Below, piece by piece: positions 25,944-39,200 of a stretch of DNA of 64,000 nt. A model generated the notes under the pieces. It did not search any database and was not told where the DNA came from. It worked only from the letters and a program-made list of their open reading frames with translations. The position numbers and the translations under genes were made by a program. The DNA is from Dimorphilus gyrociliatus (lineage: Eukaryota > Animalia > Annelida). Location of the stretch: NCBI GenBank assembly GCA_904063045.1, contig CAJFCJ010000004.1:1357713-1421712 (forward strand), in the 5' to 3' direction. Position 1 is the stretch's first letter. Each line of letters starts with the position of its first letter.

Positions 25944-27722
25944 ATGAAGCTTGTTATCATTGGTTTAGCTGTATTTTTAGGTTTGTATTTACTAACTAAA
26001 TAGTAGAGTATGAAAAGTAAATATGTTGAAGAAAATATACTCTTTTACAATCATAGCTGGAAGTTTTGCTCGAATAGAACCAAATGAAGAATTTCGAGCT
26101 GTTTGGGTAGCCACCGTTAATAATTTGGATTGGCCATCGAGTAAAACATTACGGGTTCCTCAACAGATTCTTGAATTACAGTAAATAATTATTTAGATAT
26201 TTAGGGTCTATAAAATTTTATTGGTCTCTCTTAAGCCATACTTATTATTCTGTAATTGTTTTTATAGGAGAATTATCGATTACGTCAAAGAGAGTCGTAT
26301 GAATGCTATTATCTTTCAAGTAAAAGTTTTCTCTTTCTTTCATCTTTCACTGCCTTAATTATTCTCCCAGATTGTTAATATGCTATTTATTGTATATTAT
26401 TTTTAATGTTTAAAACAATAATCATCTAGATACGACCGGCTGGTGACGCTCTTTACAACAGTTCAATTGAACCTTGGAGTGTTTATATGACTAACAGTCA
26501 AGGGACTCCACCTTCACCTTTTTACGATCCCTTGAGTTTTCTAATAGCAAAAGCCCATGAGCAGAACATAGAAGTTCATGCTTGGGTAAATCCATACCGT
26601 GCAAATTTGAGACCGGATTGGACTGGTTTAGCCCCAAATCATATGGCTAACGAATTTAGGCAGTATGCTTACCCGTACGGAAACTATCTGTGGATGGATC
26701 CAGGAGCCAAACCTGTTCAAGACCGTCTATCAAAGGTAATAAGGGACGTTCTCGATCGATACGATGTTGATGGTATCCACTGGGATGATTACTTTTATCC
26801 ATATCCAGTTAATAGTGTATCGTTTCCGGATGATAAGACTTATAACGATTATCTATCGGCTGGAGGAGCTTTGCCTAGGGACGATTGGAGAAGAAAGAAC
26901 GTTAATGATCTTGTCCAACGAGTTTATAACGAAATCAAAGCGTTAAAGCGTCACGTTAAATTTAGTATTAGCCCATTTGGTATCTATCGACCGGGTCATC
27001 CAGAGGGGATGCCTCGCCCTATAGCAGGATTTGATCAGTATACGCAGTTATATGCCGATGCTAAACTGTGGCTACAAAACGGCTGGGTCGACTTTCTGTC
27101 TCCTCAACTCTACTGGGAAATTGATCCCCCAGCACAAAGCTATACTACGTTGTTAAATTGGTGGTGCAATGTAAATCAACAGTCAAAAAATAGACACATT
27201 TATGCTGGTAACGCTGTTTATAAAATTGAAAATAACGATTGGCCTGCAAATGAAATAAAACGCCAAATAGAAGTTTCTCGATCTTTAACAGAATTAAACT
27301 CCCTTGGAAATGTTCATTTTCGGGTTAAACTACTTATGAATAACATCAAAGGAATAGCAGACTTATTAAAAAATCACGTTTATACTAAAGTAGCTGCAAT
27401 TCCCCCAATGCCTTGGCTAGCAAATTCAACATTTATTGAAACGGCAAAAGGAGTTAGAACTGGTGGTTGTTTAATAATCTGGAATAAACCCACGCAACCT
27501 GTTCATAAGTGGGGCCTTTTTAAATGGAGAGATAATGAATGGTCTCTAACTAACATTCTTAGCGGAAAATTAATTCATGCTGAAGTAAGAGAACCCGGTA
27601 GATATGCAGTAGCAGCCTATAATGAAGGATGGGTTAAAAGCATCCTATCTGATCAAGTTGAAGTTACTGAATTTCAGTTAAACGAATTTGATCCCTACTT
27701 TGCTGCTGGGTGCGATCAATAA
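25944..27722 (+). CDS. Secreted GHL10 / DUF187 (YddW/DigH-like) glycosyl hydrolase; exons 25944-25980, 26057-26180, 26268-26319, 26430-27722
   Basis: Spliced N-terminus MKLVIIGLAVFLAGSFARIEPNEEFRAVWVATVNNLDWPS...MNAIIFQ|IRPAGDALY...EPWS, followed by DPL, EVHAWVNPYR, DGIHWDDYFYPY, FSISPFG, DFLSPQLYW and AIPPMPWL. These are hallmark GHL10 motifs. Three in-frame GT-AG introns. Confidence 0.92.
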
Positions 27723-28588
27723 ATCAGCAATTCTTCTTTAATTCGCTTTTAGTTAAACTATAAAATCTAAATAAACAATTTTTATTTATTTAAAAAACAA
27801 AACCTGAATTACTTGTCCCCAAATCATAATTTCGATTATTAAAAGATAGGAAGATCGACAGTCATGCGTTAATTAGAATATACTTTTTTTAACAAAGCCT
27901 ATTATAATGACAATTATAACAATTTTCATTAGTAAGACAAGGGCTAAGAGCATTTAAATTATTATTTATAATAGAAATGTACTTTCAGGACAAAAATGAG
28001 ACATTATATTTCACTTGCTTGTTGAAAAAGAAAGAGAATAATTCCTAAAGCAGTTCTTCAGTTTAGCTAAAAAAAAATTTAACAAGTGACGCCTTTAAAA
28101 CAATAAGTGAAGGTGAAAAAAAAACGTTAAAAGCTCTTAAGGAAAATAGTCACGAAAAATCTTCAGTCAACTAAAACACTAATAATATTGTCAAATATAT
28201 AGAATGCGTGTTTTTAAGTAGACTTGTCTGCTTAAATTCTTCAAATTCGATCAATACTCTTCAGGTTAGAATAAACCTGTTATAAAAAGCATATTGCTCC
28301 GTCAAAGGAGACTGATACAGGGTGTCTTAGAGAACTTCCGGATCTAGTATACTATATATCATTTTGAAACTTAAAAAATGAAATTTTTTTCTTAAATATG
28401 AAGATTACGATAATAAAGAATTTTGATATATTTTTGTTGACATGTCTATTCATTAAAGGTGAGTTGAGAATACGTTAGAGAAGCCTCTAATAAAAACGAT
28501 TCTTAATGAATATGTAGTTTATACCATGTGCATTCTAATATTTGCTTATAAGAATTTCACATTTCCAATTTCTTACAATTACTTTTGT

Positions 28589-30223
28589 ATGTTTCGCGAT
28601 ATTTTACTATTTCTACTTCTATTGCTATCTAACAATGTTTAATAATCTTACAACACTTGTTAAAGATAGATAAAAATGTAATAATTTCAAATTTCAACAA
28701 CTTTACATGTAGGTTTAAAAAGAATCATTTGTATAGACAGTAGCAAGTCAAATATGATGCGGGCCTCTTGTTGACTTTTATTGATAGTCATTATAATCTT
28801 TATACTATGCATTACATGTAATTTATATTTGCCTTTATATATAAAGTACATATATGGTCTACAGTATAATCTAATACATGTACATACAAATATTTATTTA
28901 ATTTAAAATATTTTATATATATATATATATACTGTATCATTATGACAGCAACTTTTCAAGAGTTCTATAAATGGGTAGCTTCTATTTTAGTATAAAATCG
29001 AAAGAGGCCGACATTTTTACAAAGAACATCTTTTACAACTATTTAGAAAAGAAAATTTTGTTTTTACCTACAGCCTTTGGACATGCTCCTATTTTCAATA
29101 CGTCAACTTTACCTGATCAATTTGTCTTTCTGAAAAAAGGGGCAACTACAAAATTCAACTGTTCAAGTTATGGCTTTCCCAAGCCAAAGTAATATTCATA
29201 TATATATATACATATATTCATGTACACCATATTTCTATCCTCTATTAATATAGATACGAATTTTACCAACATGGAAAATTACTTGATACTGAATTCTTTG
29301 AAAAGGATCCGAGTAAAACAGGGGTTTTGATAATAGAGGATAGTAAAAGAATACACACAGGAAATTATTCCTGTAAAGCCAGTAATAGCTTTGGAACTGT
29401 TTCCTATAATTTCAAAGTAAATTTACCAGGTCAGTAGACAAGTTTACTCGTAAAAACAAATTTTATCGCATACTAAAGACAATTAGATTTATATTTTGGC
29501 ATTATTTTTCAATTTAAAACATTTTATTAATTTAATAACCAATGTATAAGAAATTAAAATACAAAGAAAGAACACGAAAAAAACACTTAAAACAGTAGAA
29601 AAATATCAATTACAACCAACGACACATTTCTATACTCTTGAGGCTTTTTTAATTGCCTTTGGATGATATCTTTTTCGTTATGTAGGCCTTGGAAATACAA
29701 TATTAAATATTTATAAAAATGTAATAAAAACTTTTTTCATTATCAATTTATTATTGAATCTTTCTTCCATAGAATTAGAAGGGTTTTTATCGGATCCTCT
29801 TGGAGAAGTTGAAGGTTCTTTGCGTGATAGCCTTCGAATCCAGGCGCCTTTATTTCGTTTCAGTGGCAACGACTTGGGTAAACTTCGTTTCAATTGGTAC
29901 AAGGATAGCATATTGCTAGAAAGGAGTGAAAGATTAATACTGAATGACAATGGTATCTCTAATCTTTTATTATATTTTTAAACAATTTATTCAATTAATA
30001 AATCATTTGTTTAACACAATAACTTATAGGTGATTTGTATATTTTAAATTTGGAGAAAGAAGATATTGGCAAATACTATTTAAATATATCATTTCCTTAT
30101 CAGAATCAATTTATTATTAGTGATGAAATAAATGTATTTATTAAAGGTTAGTTGAAAACTGTAATGCTGATGCATTGCTCTTTCATTATTTCTCAGTCTA
30201 AATATTGTAAAATGAAATAAATT

Positions 30224-30273
<50 letters not shown>

Positions 30274-33200
30274 AGGGAGAAAAAGGAATTTATTAAATTT
30301 GATTTTTATATTAAAATGATTTATATAGATCAAGTTATTTAATTTAAATATTGTCTTTAAAGATAATTCACCAACAAATTTGCCTTTGAAAATTTTATAC
30401 AATTCAACAAGAATAAACGTTCTTGAATACCAAAATGTTACTCTCTACTGTATTGCATCATCCAAGTCAGTATATGCCCTGTTCATCTCCCCCTTTTTTT
30501 TTATTTGAAGTTTTTATTTAATTTTATCTAGTGTTATCCCAAAAATAACTTGGTTACATCCATCATCAAAGACCTTAGAATCAAAGAGTTCTACACTTCT
30601 TTTACAAAATATTTCTAAATCCGATAACGGAATTTTTACATGTATAGCACACGATAGTGATGCAGATGAAACTGTAACAACAAGAATAACATTAAACGTT
30701 ACAAGTAATTAGCAGCTATAATTATTCATTGGATATTATATGTGACGAATTAAATATTAATATGAATTTTGGTTACAGAAAGACTAAAGTGGATGAAAAT
30801 ACCATACTCTCAAAATCTACTGATTGGAAAAAATTTTATATCGGAATGTTCATCATTTCCCAATGTTCATCCTATTATTTGGAAGATTAACGATACAAGA
30901 ATTGAGGAAAATGATAGTAAATACAATAATTGATACCTTCTCGTTGAGTTCCATATTTTAATTTTACCTTATTTGTTTCTCAATTAGGAAGATTATCGGA
31001 AGATGGTAAAAAGTTAACTATAGCTAACGTACAACTGAACTCCTCATCAACGATTAGTTGCCTTATCCGCAATAATGGATACCCGTATAATTACCTATAT
31101 AAAACCATCTATTTGAATGTTACGAAAAGTAAAAGAAATATGCATTTTAATACAATTATTAGGTTAAGACGAAACTTTTTTGTTCTTTTTAACAGGCAAA
31201 AAAAACAACAATAAAACTTGTATCGTTTGTGAAAAGTATTGTAAATATGGATTTGTTATGGGAGAAAATTCATGCCCTACTTGCCAATGCGCAGAAGATC
31301 CCTGTAAAAATATGATCTGTCCCCAAAATTACATATGCCAGTCTACCAGAGTGTCATATATTTCCAAAGCAAGCTGTGGTTTTAAAATCGAAGGTTTTAA
31401 TATACTAATATATATGTACAATATATGTATACGATTTATAAACAAATATATACTGTTCAATAGGTAACCATCCGCCAGTTATAAATTTGAATCATCTTCC
31501 AAACAAGACTGTTTATGCTTCAATTGGTAATGAATTGGTGCTCAATTGTTCAGCTCTGGGCCAACAACAAATGAAGTATTAATCCATTAAGAATTATAAT
31601 TGATAATTGAATTAATTGTATTAATCTCTGTTAACTAGTTATCAATTCATGAAAAGTAATAATCCAGTTGTAAAGAATTCTGATACTGATATAGATGAAA
31701 ATGGATTAAAATTTGGAGTATTATATTTTTTTAAAATATCAGCTAAGAACCAAGGAAATTATATGTGTATAGCAAAAAACTCTCTAGGAACGGCTATATA
31801 CGATTTTTCAATAAAAATAGCATGTAAGAAGAGCGTACGATCTTCCCTGTTGAAGATATTTTATTTTTTTATTTCTCCTCTAGATGTAAATAATTTTAGA
31901 AACAGAGAAGAAACTGTTTATACAGAAGCTTTCAAAGGTTTTGAAATTAAAATACCAAAGACAGCTGGAATTCCTATAAGTTCACTTAGTTACGAGTGGC
32001 TAAAAATTATTAATGGCAAAGAAGAAAAGATTGAACTAGGAGAGAGGATAAATCAGGACGAAAATGGTGAGGTCTTTTCCTTTTTTATACTGATAAAATG
32101 ATAAAAGTTCTACTTGTGCTTATTTTCTTTCATTCTCTAGGAAATTTAATATTCTCGTACGTGTTACAGAACGATGAAGGAGATTATATAGCTTCAGTCA
32201 GTAATAAATTAAGTAAAGATTTTAAAAAAGCTGCACCTGTCTCACTAAAAATAACTAGTAAGCTTAATTATCTATATTAGTGTAATTACTTTGATTTAAT
32301 TAGTTTTTTATTAAAAAAAGCTGGCCAAGATATTATTTACGAACCTATCATAAGCAAAATAAAAACAAAATACGAAGTAGTTGCTGGAGATACTCTAAAA
32401 CTTTACTGCTTGGTATTTGCAAAGTAAACTTTATATTTTATAAATTCTTTCAAAATCAACCGCAAAACTGCAAAACTTTAGTCTATTTTAATTCAATGTT
32501 TTAATGTATTGTTCTAGACCGCTTCCCAAGGTAGAATGGTATAAAATCGATGGTGAGACTAGTAAGAAAATTGCAAAGAGCTTTGTTCATACAATAGAAA
32601 ACGTTAACAAGTCAATTGAAGGGGATTACATGGTAAAAATATATAGCCTAGAAGAGAATGGTGCTGTTGCCATTGAAAAAACTGTTACAGTTAATGTCCA
32701 TGAACCACTAAATTGGTATCAGGGACTAAATTCTAAAATAGTTCAAATTGGTTCTAACGTTTCTTTTAATTGCGTCCCTAATATAAATAAAAGTGTTATT
32801 AGTTGGTTTAAGGATGGGAAAAATATAATACCAGGTAAGTAAACAAATTTTCAGTTTAAGCAATCGCCTACCTTATGTAAAATATAATAATTTTTGTTTC
32901 AATAGACAGCAGATGGATCGTTAATAAGACAATGTTAACTATTAAAAAAGTGAAGCCAAGTGATATCTCGTCAATACAATGCAAAGCAATGATAAAAAGA
33001 CCAATAGATAATGTCTACAACTACGCATTTCATAATAGTTTCTTATATGTTACAAAAAGTTAGCATTATTCTCTTATTCTGTCTTTACTTTTTAGCTAAA
33101 TCCTTGTGATTCTTCTCATAGATTTAACATTAACACCAACTAAAAAGATTTGCAATAGAACTTGTCGAATACAATGCCCATTTGGATATATATTAGGAGA

Positions 33201-36200
33201 AGATGGTTGCCGGATATGCGAATGCTCAATTGATCCTTGTTTGAATATGCTATGTCCATCAGAATATTTATGTAAAAGAATATTTCCGTCAAATTGCTCT
33301 ACAAAAGTTTGTATGGATCCAATGGTAGCTGTCTGCTCTCCTATGATAAAACGTATTGATTAGCAGCTATCATCTTATTCATTTTTTATCATCAATTTCC
33401 TTTAAATAGGGAGTGGCTGTCTACTTAAAGACTGCAACAAATCTTGCATATACGGTTATGTTAAACTAGAAAGTGGATGTAGTATTTGTGAATGTTATAA
33501 TCCTTGTAAAGTAAGAAAATTATAAATATTGACAAGAATACTAAAAAATTATCATTGTAATCCTACATATGTTTTCATTCATTGCAGAATAAAACGTGTG
33601 GCCAAGGAAAAGTTTGTAATCTAAAACCTGCAGGACAATGCGATAATAGCAATTGTAAACTACTATCAGTATGTGAATTTCCACAAGAAGGAATTCCTCC
33701 AATTATTGAAACTAAAGGACCTATCCAGACTGTTTATTATGAAATTGGGGGAGATATAAGACTAGCCTGTCCTTTTATTCAACCCCCAGATTCATCTTTC
33801 GACTTTAACGTTTTGAAAAATGGAAAGGAGTTTGATATTGTTGGAAACTTTCAAAGAATAAAAAATTTACTTACATTTCTAGAAGAAAAGGCAATTACTC
33901 TCAGTCCAGGATATGAATCAGACGAAGGATTATATTCGTGTCTAGTTAGAAATAAATATGGAACTGCTCTATCATATAATGTAAGCCTCGAAATATCATA
34001 TTTAAGTGATATCGAGACTCCAGAAGAAGAAAATCTTATCTTTGACTCAACGACTCGTGATTATCGAATAATTCATTGTAGTATAGAAAGTAAACCAAAA
34101 GCAATTATCTATTGGAGAAAGCTAAATGATAAAAATGAGAGACAAATCATCGATGATCATAACATCATAACAACGATTAACGGTAAATAGAGATAAATAC
34201 TTTACTTTTAGTTTAACTATCTTTTTCTTTCATTTAGGGTCATTAATTATCATTAGACCTACAACTGAACAATCTGGAGCATACATCTGTATTGGTCAAA
34301 ATCCTTTCAGCAAGAAAGAAAAAATAGTTAGAAATATAAGGATTACTGCAAAGGATATTTCACCTATCGATGCTTCACATTCAATATATGTTTTTCCGTC
34401 GAATTCTACTTCTTTTCCCATTGGAGGATTTACAAGAATTCAATTTATAACTTCTTCTTTGTAAACATTTATAATTATCTTTCTAAATTGTCAAATGTGT
34501 ATCATGTTGCTCTCTCTTTTTGTTTTCAGAGAACCTCTAAAGTGGTTTTTAAATGATCAGGAAATTACTAATGAAACTGACTATGAAATAGTTATTAGTA
34601 ACTTCACAATTAAAGATGCTGGCATATGGAATGTTAGAAGTTCGAATAAATTAACAAGTACCTTTAACATCTCATATTACCGTAAGTCCATAATTAGATA
34701 ATTAAATAGCTGTAGAAAAGAACTTTTTTTTAATAGATAATATTACAATTGGTCGAACACCTAAAGATACTATTGTTACCGTTGGTTCTGATGCTATATT
34801 CTATTGCGAAATTTTTGGTACAAAAATTAGACCTCAGTGGTTTGTAAATGGTAAAAAACTACAAAGTATGTGAAGATTATACTGTAAAATTTATTTTCAA
34901 TGTAAAATATTTTATTGTTAGGTCCTCTTTCTCAATCTAACATTATGTTGAGCCAAAATGGAAGCTCTTTGACATTAAAATCAGTCGATTATAATGCCTC
35001 TGTCTGGTGTAATACAGAGAATACAGTTAATGGAATTTACTACTTTGGAGCATTTCTAATGACAAAATCAGGTAATCCCAAAATCTTTCTTAATCTTTAA
35101 CATCAGTTGGAAGATACTTTTTCTAGCTTGTCCGAAATTGAGTTTGTGCCATCTAAACTGCAGCTACGGTTTCTTCTATGACAATGGTTGCCCAATATGC
35201 AAATGTCACGAGCCATGCAAAGTTAGCATTAATCAGTTTATAATTGTCTTACTTCTAACATACCTCTCAATTTGCTTGAAATAATAATTAGGACTATACA
35301 TGTCCGGATAAAGCAAAAGTATGTGCTGCAAAACCTGACCTAACGTGCTGGAAACCACCTTGCTACTCAAAACCATCTTGCATAAAACCAACATCAAATA
35401 CCAGTAAAAATTAAAGCAAATTAACATTAGCTTCCAGTAATACTAACTTAATAACAGGTCAATGCAAAGTTTTGAATTGTGAACCATGCAGATACGGTAA
35501 TAAAGTTGATGATAGAGGATGTAAAGTATGCGAATGTATTACAGATCCTTGTGTTGTAAGTTCTCATTAATAAAACCAGTTAAAATATTCACAATATCCT
35601 CGATATTCTAGGCAGCTAGATGCTCTGCTGGCGAAAAATGTGTAGCAGTCAGGATGAAATATTGTCAAAACGAAATTTGCCATGAAGCCAAGTGTTATAA
35701 GACGTGCAGTAGCTGTCCCAATTCTTGCCCATTTGGGTTCAATATAACACATGAAACCTGTCCAAACTGCACTTGTAGTAGAGACCCTTGCTTAAAGGTA
35801 TAAAGAATTAATAATTACAAACTAGTGACACAATAATTAACTCTTTAATATTTAATTAGACCTCTGTTTGCCAAGTGGGCCAAAAGTGTACAGCGGAGAA
35901 GCTTATCTGCATGCCTAATGATAATCTTTGCGATTATCGACCATACTTCGCAAGCTGTGGCCAGTCATCAGGTAACCAACAAGAATAATTCCTCCAAGAC
36001 GAAAAAAATTAACCAAATTAATATAATTTGCAGGAAACTGTAAAATCTGCCAGAATAAATGCGACTACGGTTACATCTTGGGAGAAGATAATTGCCCGAA
36101 AAATTGTACTTGTTCACCAGACCCTTGTCTGGTGTGTAACGACAAAATACTTCAAATTTATATAAAATATACTTTATTATAAAATCAAAATTTTATGCAG

Positions 36201-39200
36201 GCTTTACACTGTTCAGCAAACAATATAAATCCTACAAAATGTAAAAGAAGCAAGCCGTTATGTACTGGTGACGATTCTACAATTGAAAAATGTTCCAAAG
36301 GACCGTACAAAGCTGAATGCGGTTTGTTGATTTATTCTACTTTAACGAATTATTTTCATCTTTTTTCTCTCTTTCTCTGACAATAAGTCTTTAATAAAAT
36401 GAAAATCTCCTATTATAGTTGAAGCTTGCTCCCTCAGCTCAGAAAGGTGCGACTTATCGAGATGTCCTTATAATTATCCAAGGACTAGTGGTTGTACTGT
36501 ATGTATTTGTGAAAGTCCATGTGACAGTGCACCTTGTCAACCTGATGAATATTGTGGTATTGAAGAATTCGAAGGTTTAAAATTGGCTGTGTGTAAAAAG
36601 GGTAATTAACCTCTTTTTCATATTCTTAAAAAAAAACTTAGTCTATTAATCATCACATGACAGAAGATAGAGTTTGTCCTCCACTTGATATGTGTAATTT
36701 AAATGAAACCTGTAAATTTGGAAGGAGTACAGACGAAAAAGGTTGCGAGCTCTGTTCTTGTAAGGATCCTTGTAAAGTATGATAAGAGAAGATTTTCTAT
36801 TATTTCGTTTCATCTTATCCTTTTTTCTTTCAGTTTATTACGTGCCATAATGATTCAGTGTGTGTGCCTGAAAGCCGTTTTTGCGCGTCTTACCCATGTA
36901 GACCAACCTCTGTTCGATGTGTATCAAAATGTGAAGCTGCCAAGGATTATAACTTAATGTCAAGTATCCATAACCCGATAATACCTCAGATAGATTACAA
37001 GTAAAAGCAGATGAAACGTTTCTATTCTATCTACGTATTTCTAATGATTATTCCTTTTTTTTATAATAACATGCAGTTGCACTAAAGCTAATATAAATTT
37101 CGAAAGAGTTCAATGTTATAAAGGGACAAATATATGCTTCTGCGTTGATGAAAAGACTGGTGATTATATTAATAATACAGCTACATTGGGGAAACCAAAT
37201 TGTTCTAAGGGTAAGACCTTTAGTTTATTTTTTCCTTCTATACTTTCTACATTTTAACTGTATTTACTAACGATTAAACGATGATAGGAGAAGGGAGTAA
37301 ACAAATTTGTCCAAACGGAAAGAAAGCAAAGGTTTGCGCTGTCAATGCTTGTAATTTTCAATGCTGTCCTGGATACCCTAAAGCTGTTTGCAAAACAAAT
37401 CCGTGTAACAACTGTGAGCCTGAATTTACATATAACGGAAGAATTGTAGATTGCTGGAACGGTAAACAAACCTAAATTCTAATTTTTAAATGCTATATAA
37501 AGTATTAATAATCCTTTATAGGAATTAATAAATGCTGGAAAGATTTTCAAGATAAATTTCTTGCTTTGGAAATTCAAACAACAATGTTTAGTCTAGAACA
37601 TTCTAATTGGAATATTAATTTGCAAACAAGAAACACTAGAGATAAAATGCTTAAAGATTCAAAGCAACATTTGAATGGAGAGAATGAAATATTTAAAGAA
37701 TATAATTGTGGATATATGGCTATAATTTTTATTAGTAGTTTCAGATACACAGTATACGGATCATCTGAAATATGTAACTAAATCTAAATATGTAGTCTAA
37801 ATATAGCACATAATTATTAATGACAACTTTTATTTATAGCTAATCGTTTCATGCAAGAAGGGGTGTTCTTCCCTCAATGCTTACTTCCTAAAATTTTATC
37901 AAATAATGGCTATATGCCTAAACAATGCTTTGGTGACTTTTGCTGGTGTTCAGATAACATGGGAAATCCAATTAATAATGCAATATTTTATAAAAATAAC
38001 TTCACTTGCGCGGCAGATGGACAAGTTATTCCAGAAACTGTCGAGAGATTAAGTTAGCCTATTATCACCCAAAAATAATCATAACAATTAAATATATCGA
38101 ATTACTTTTAATAGAATGCTCTGACGGAAAAGATCCTTTATTCTGTAAAGAACAATGCTTGAAAAGTCATCATTGCTTAATACAGGAACGAGGACTTCCA
38201 TATTTATGTCGAGCTGATCCTTGTTCTAATTGCGAAACTACAATGAGATTTGAAACTATAGATTCTAATGGTAATGTAGTAGATACTGAATTCCTAAGAA
38301 ATTATAGGTGCAAAGGTAAAAGATCATTTCAACAGGAAAAATACCAATATTTCATTTATAACTAATTTTTAAAGCTGACGTCTACAAAGATATCTGTAAA
38401 TTGCCCAAAGATACGGGCAACTCTTGCGACAAACCCTCCAAAGACATGTGGTACTACGATGCAAAAAATGGAGGGTGTCTACCTTTCAAATATTTTGGCT
38501 GTGGAGGAAATAGAAACCTTTTCATATCGAAGGAACAATGCAAAATACGATGCAAAGGTTTAAAATTGCAATTCTTATCTATAAATATCAATTTCAAACA
38601 TTTTTATTATTTCATAGGTGATATATGCTCTAAAGGAACTCTGAAAGTTTGCAAAGATACCTGTAAAACAGCCAAATGTAAAGGATTTCCTTCTGCATTG
38701 TGCATTGTGAATAAATGTACCTGCAAACCTGAATTTTTTAACCCATTGACCTATAATAGAATAGAAAAGGTAGACTGTTTTAGAGACTACGGACAATGCA
38801 TAAACTATAAAGTAATTATTTCCATTATTGTAAAGATTTTATAATCTAAAAGAAATTGTATTTATTTTTATGTACGTTAGGCTAAGATTGTCTTAGATGG
38901 ATTCGACAGCTCTACTTTCCATTCCTTTTTATTAGTCAACACAACATTATCAAGTATTAGCTGCAAAGAAAATGGTGGATTTACACCCAAACAGTGTGAT
39001 GAAAAAAATTGCTGGTGTGTAAATGAATTCGGAAATATAATATCTAATAAACTGACCCCAATTTCGCTTGGTAATACACTCATTTGTGAAGGTAATTTGA
39101 TTATGCAACCGTAGTAGATCTATTTTCACCTACTGATTATGATAATAACTTATTTAGATAAACAAGCGAACAAGTGCCCACCCTTATCATGTTCTGCTAA

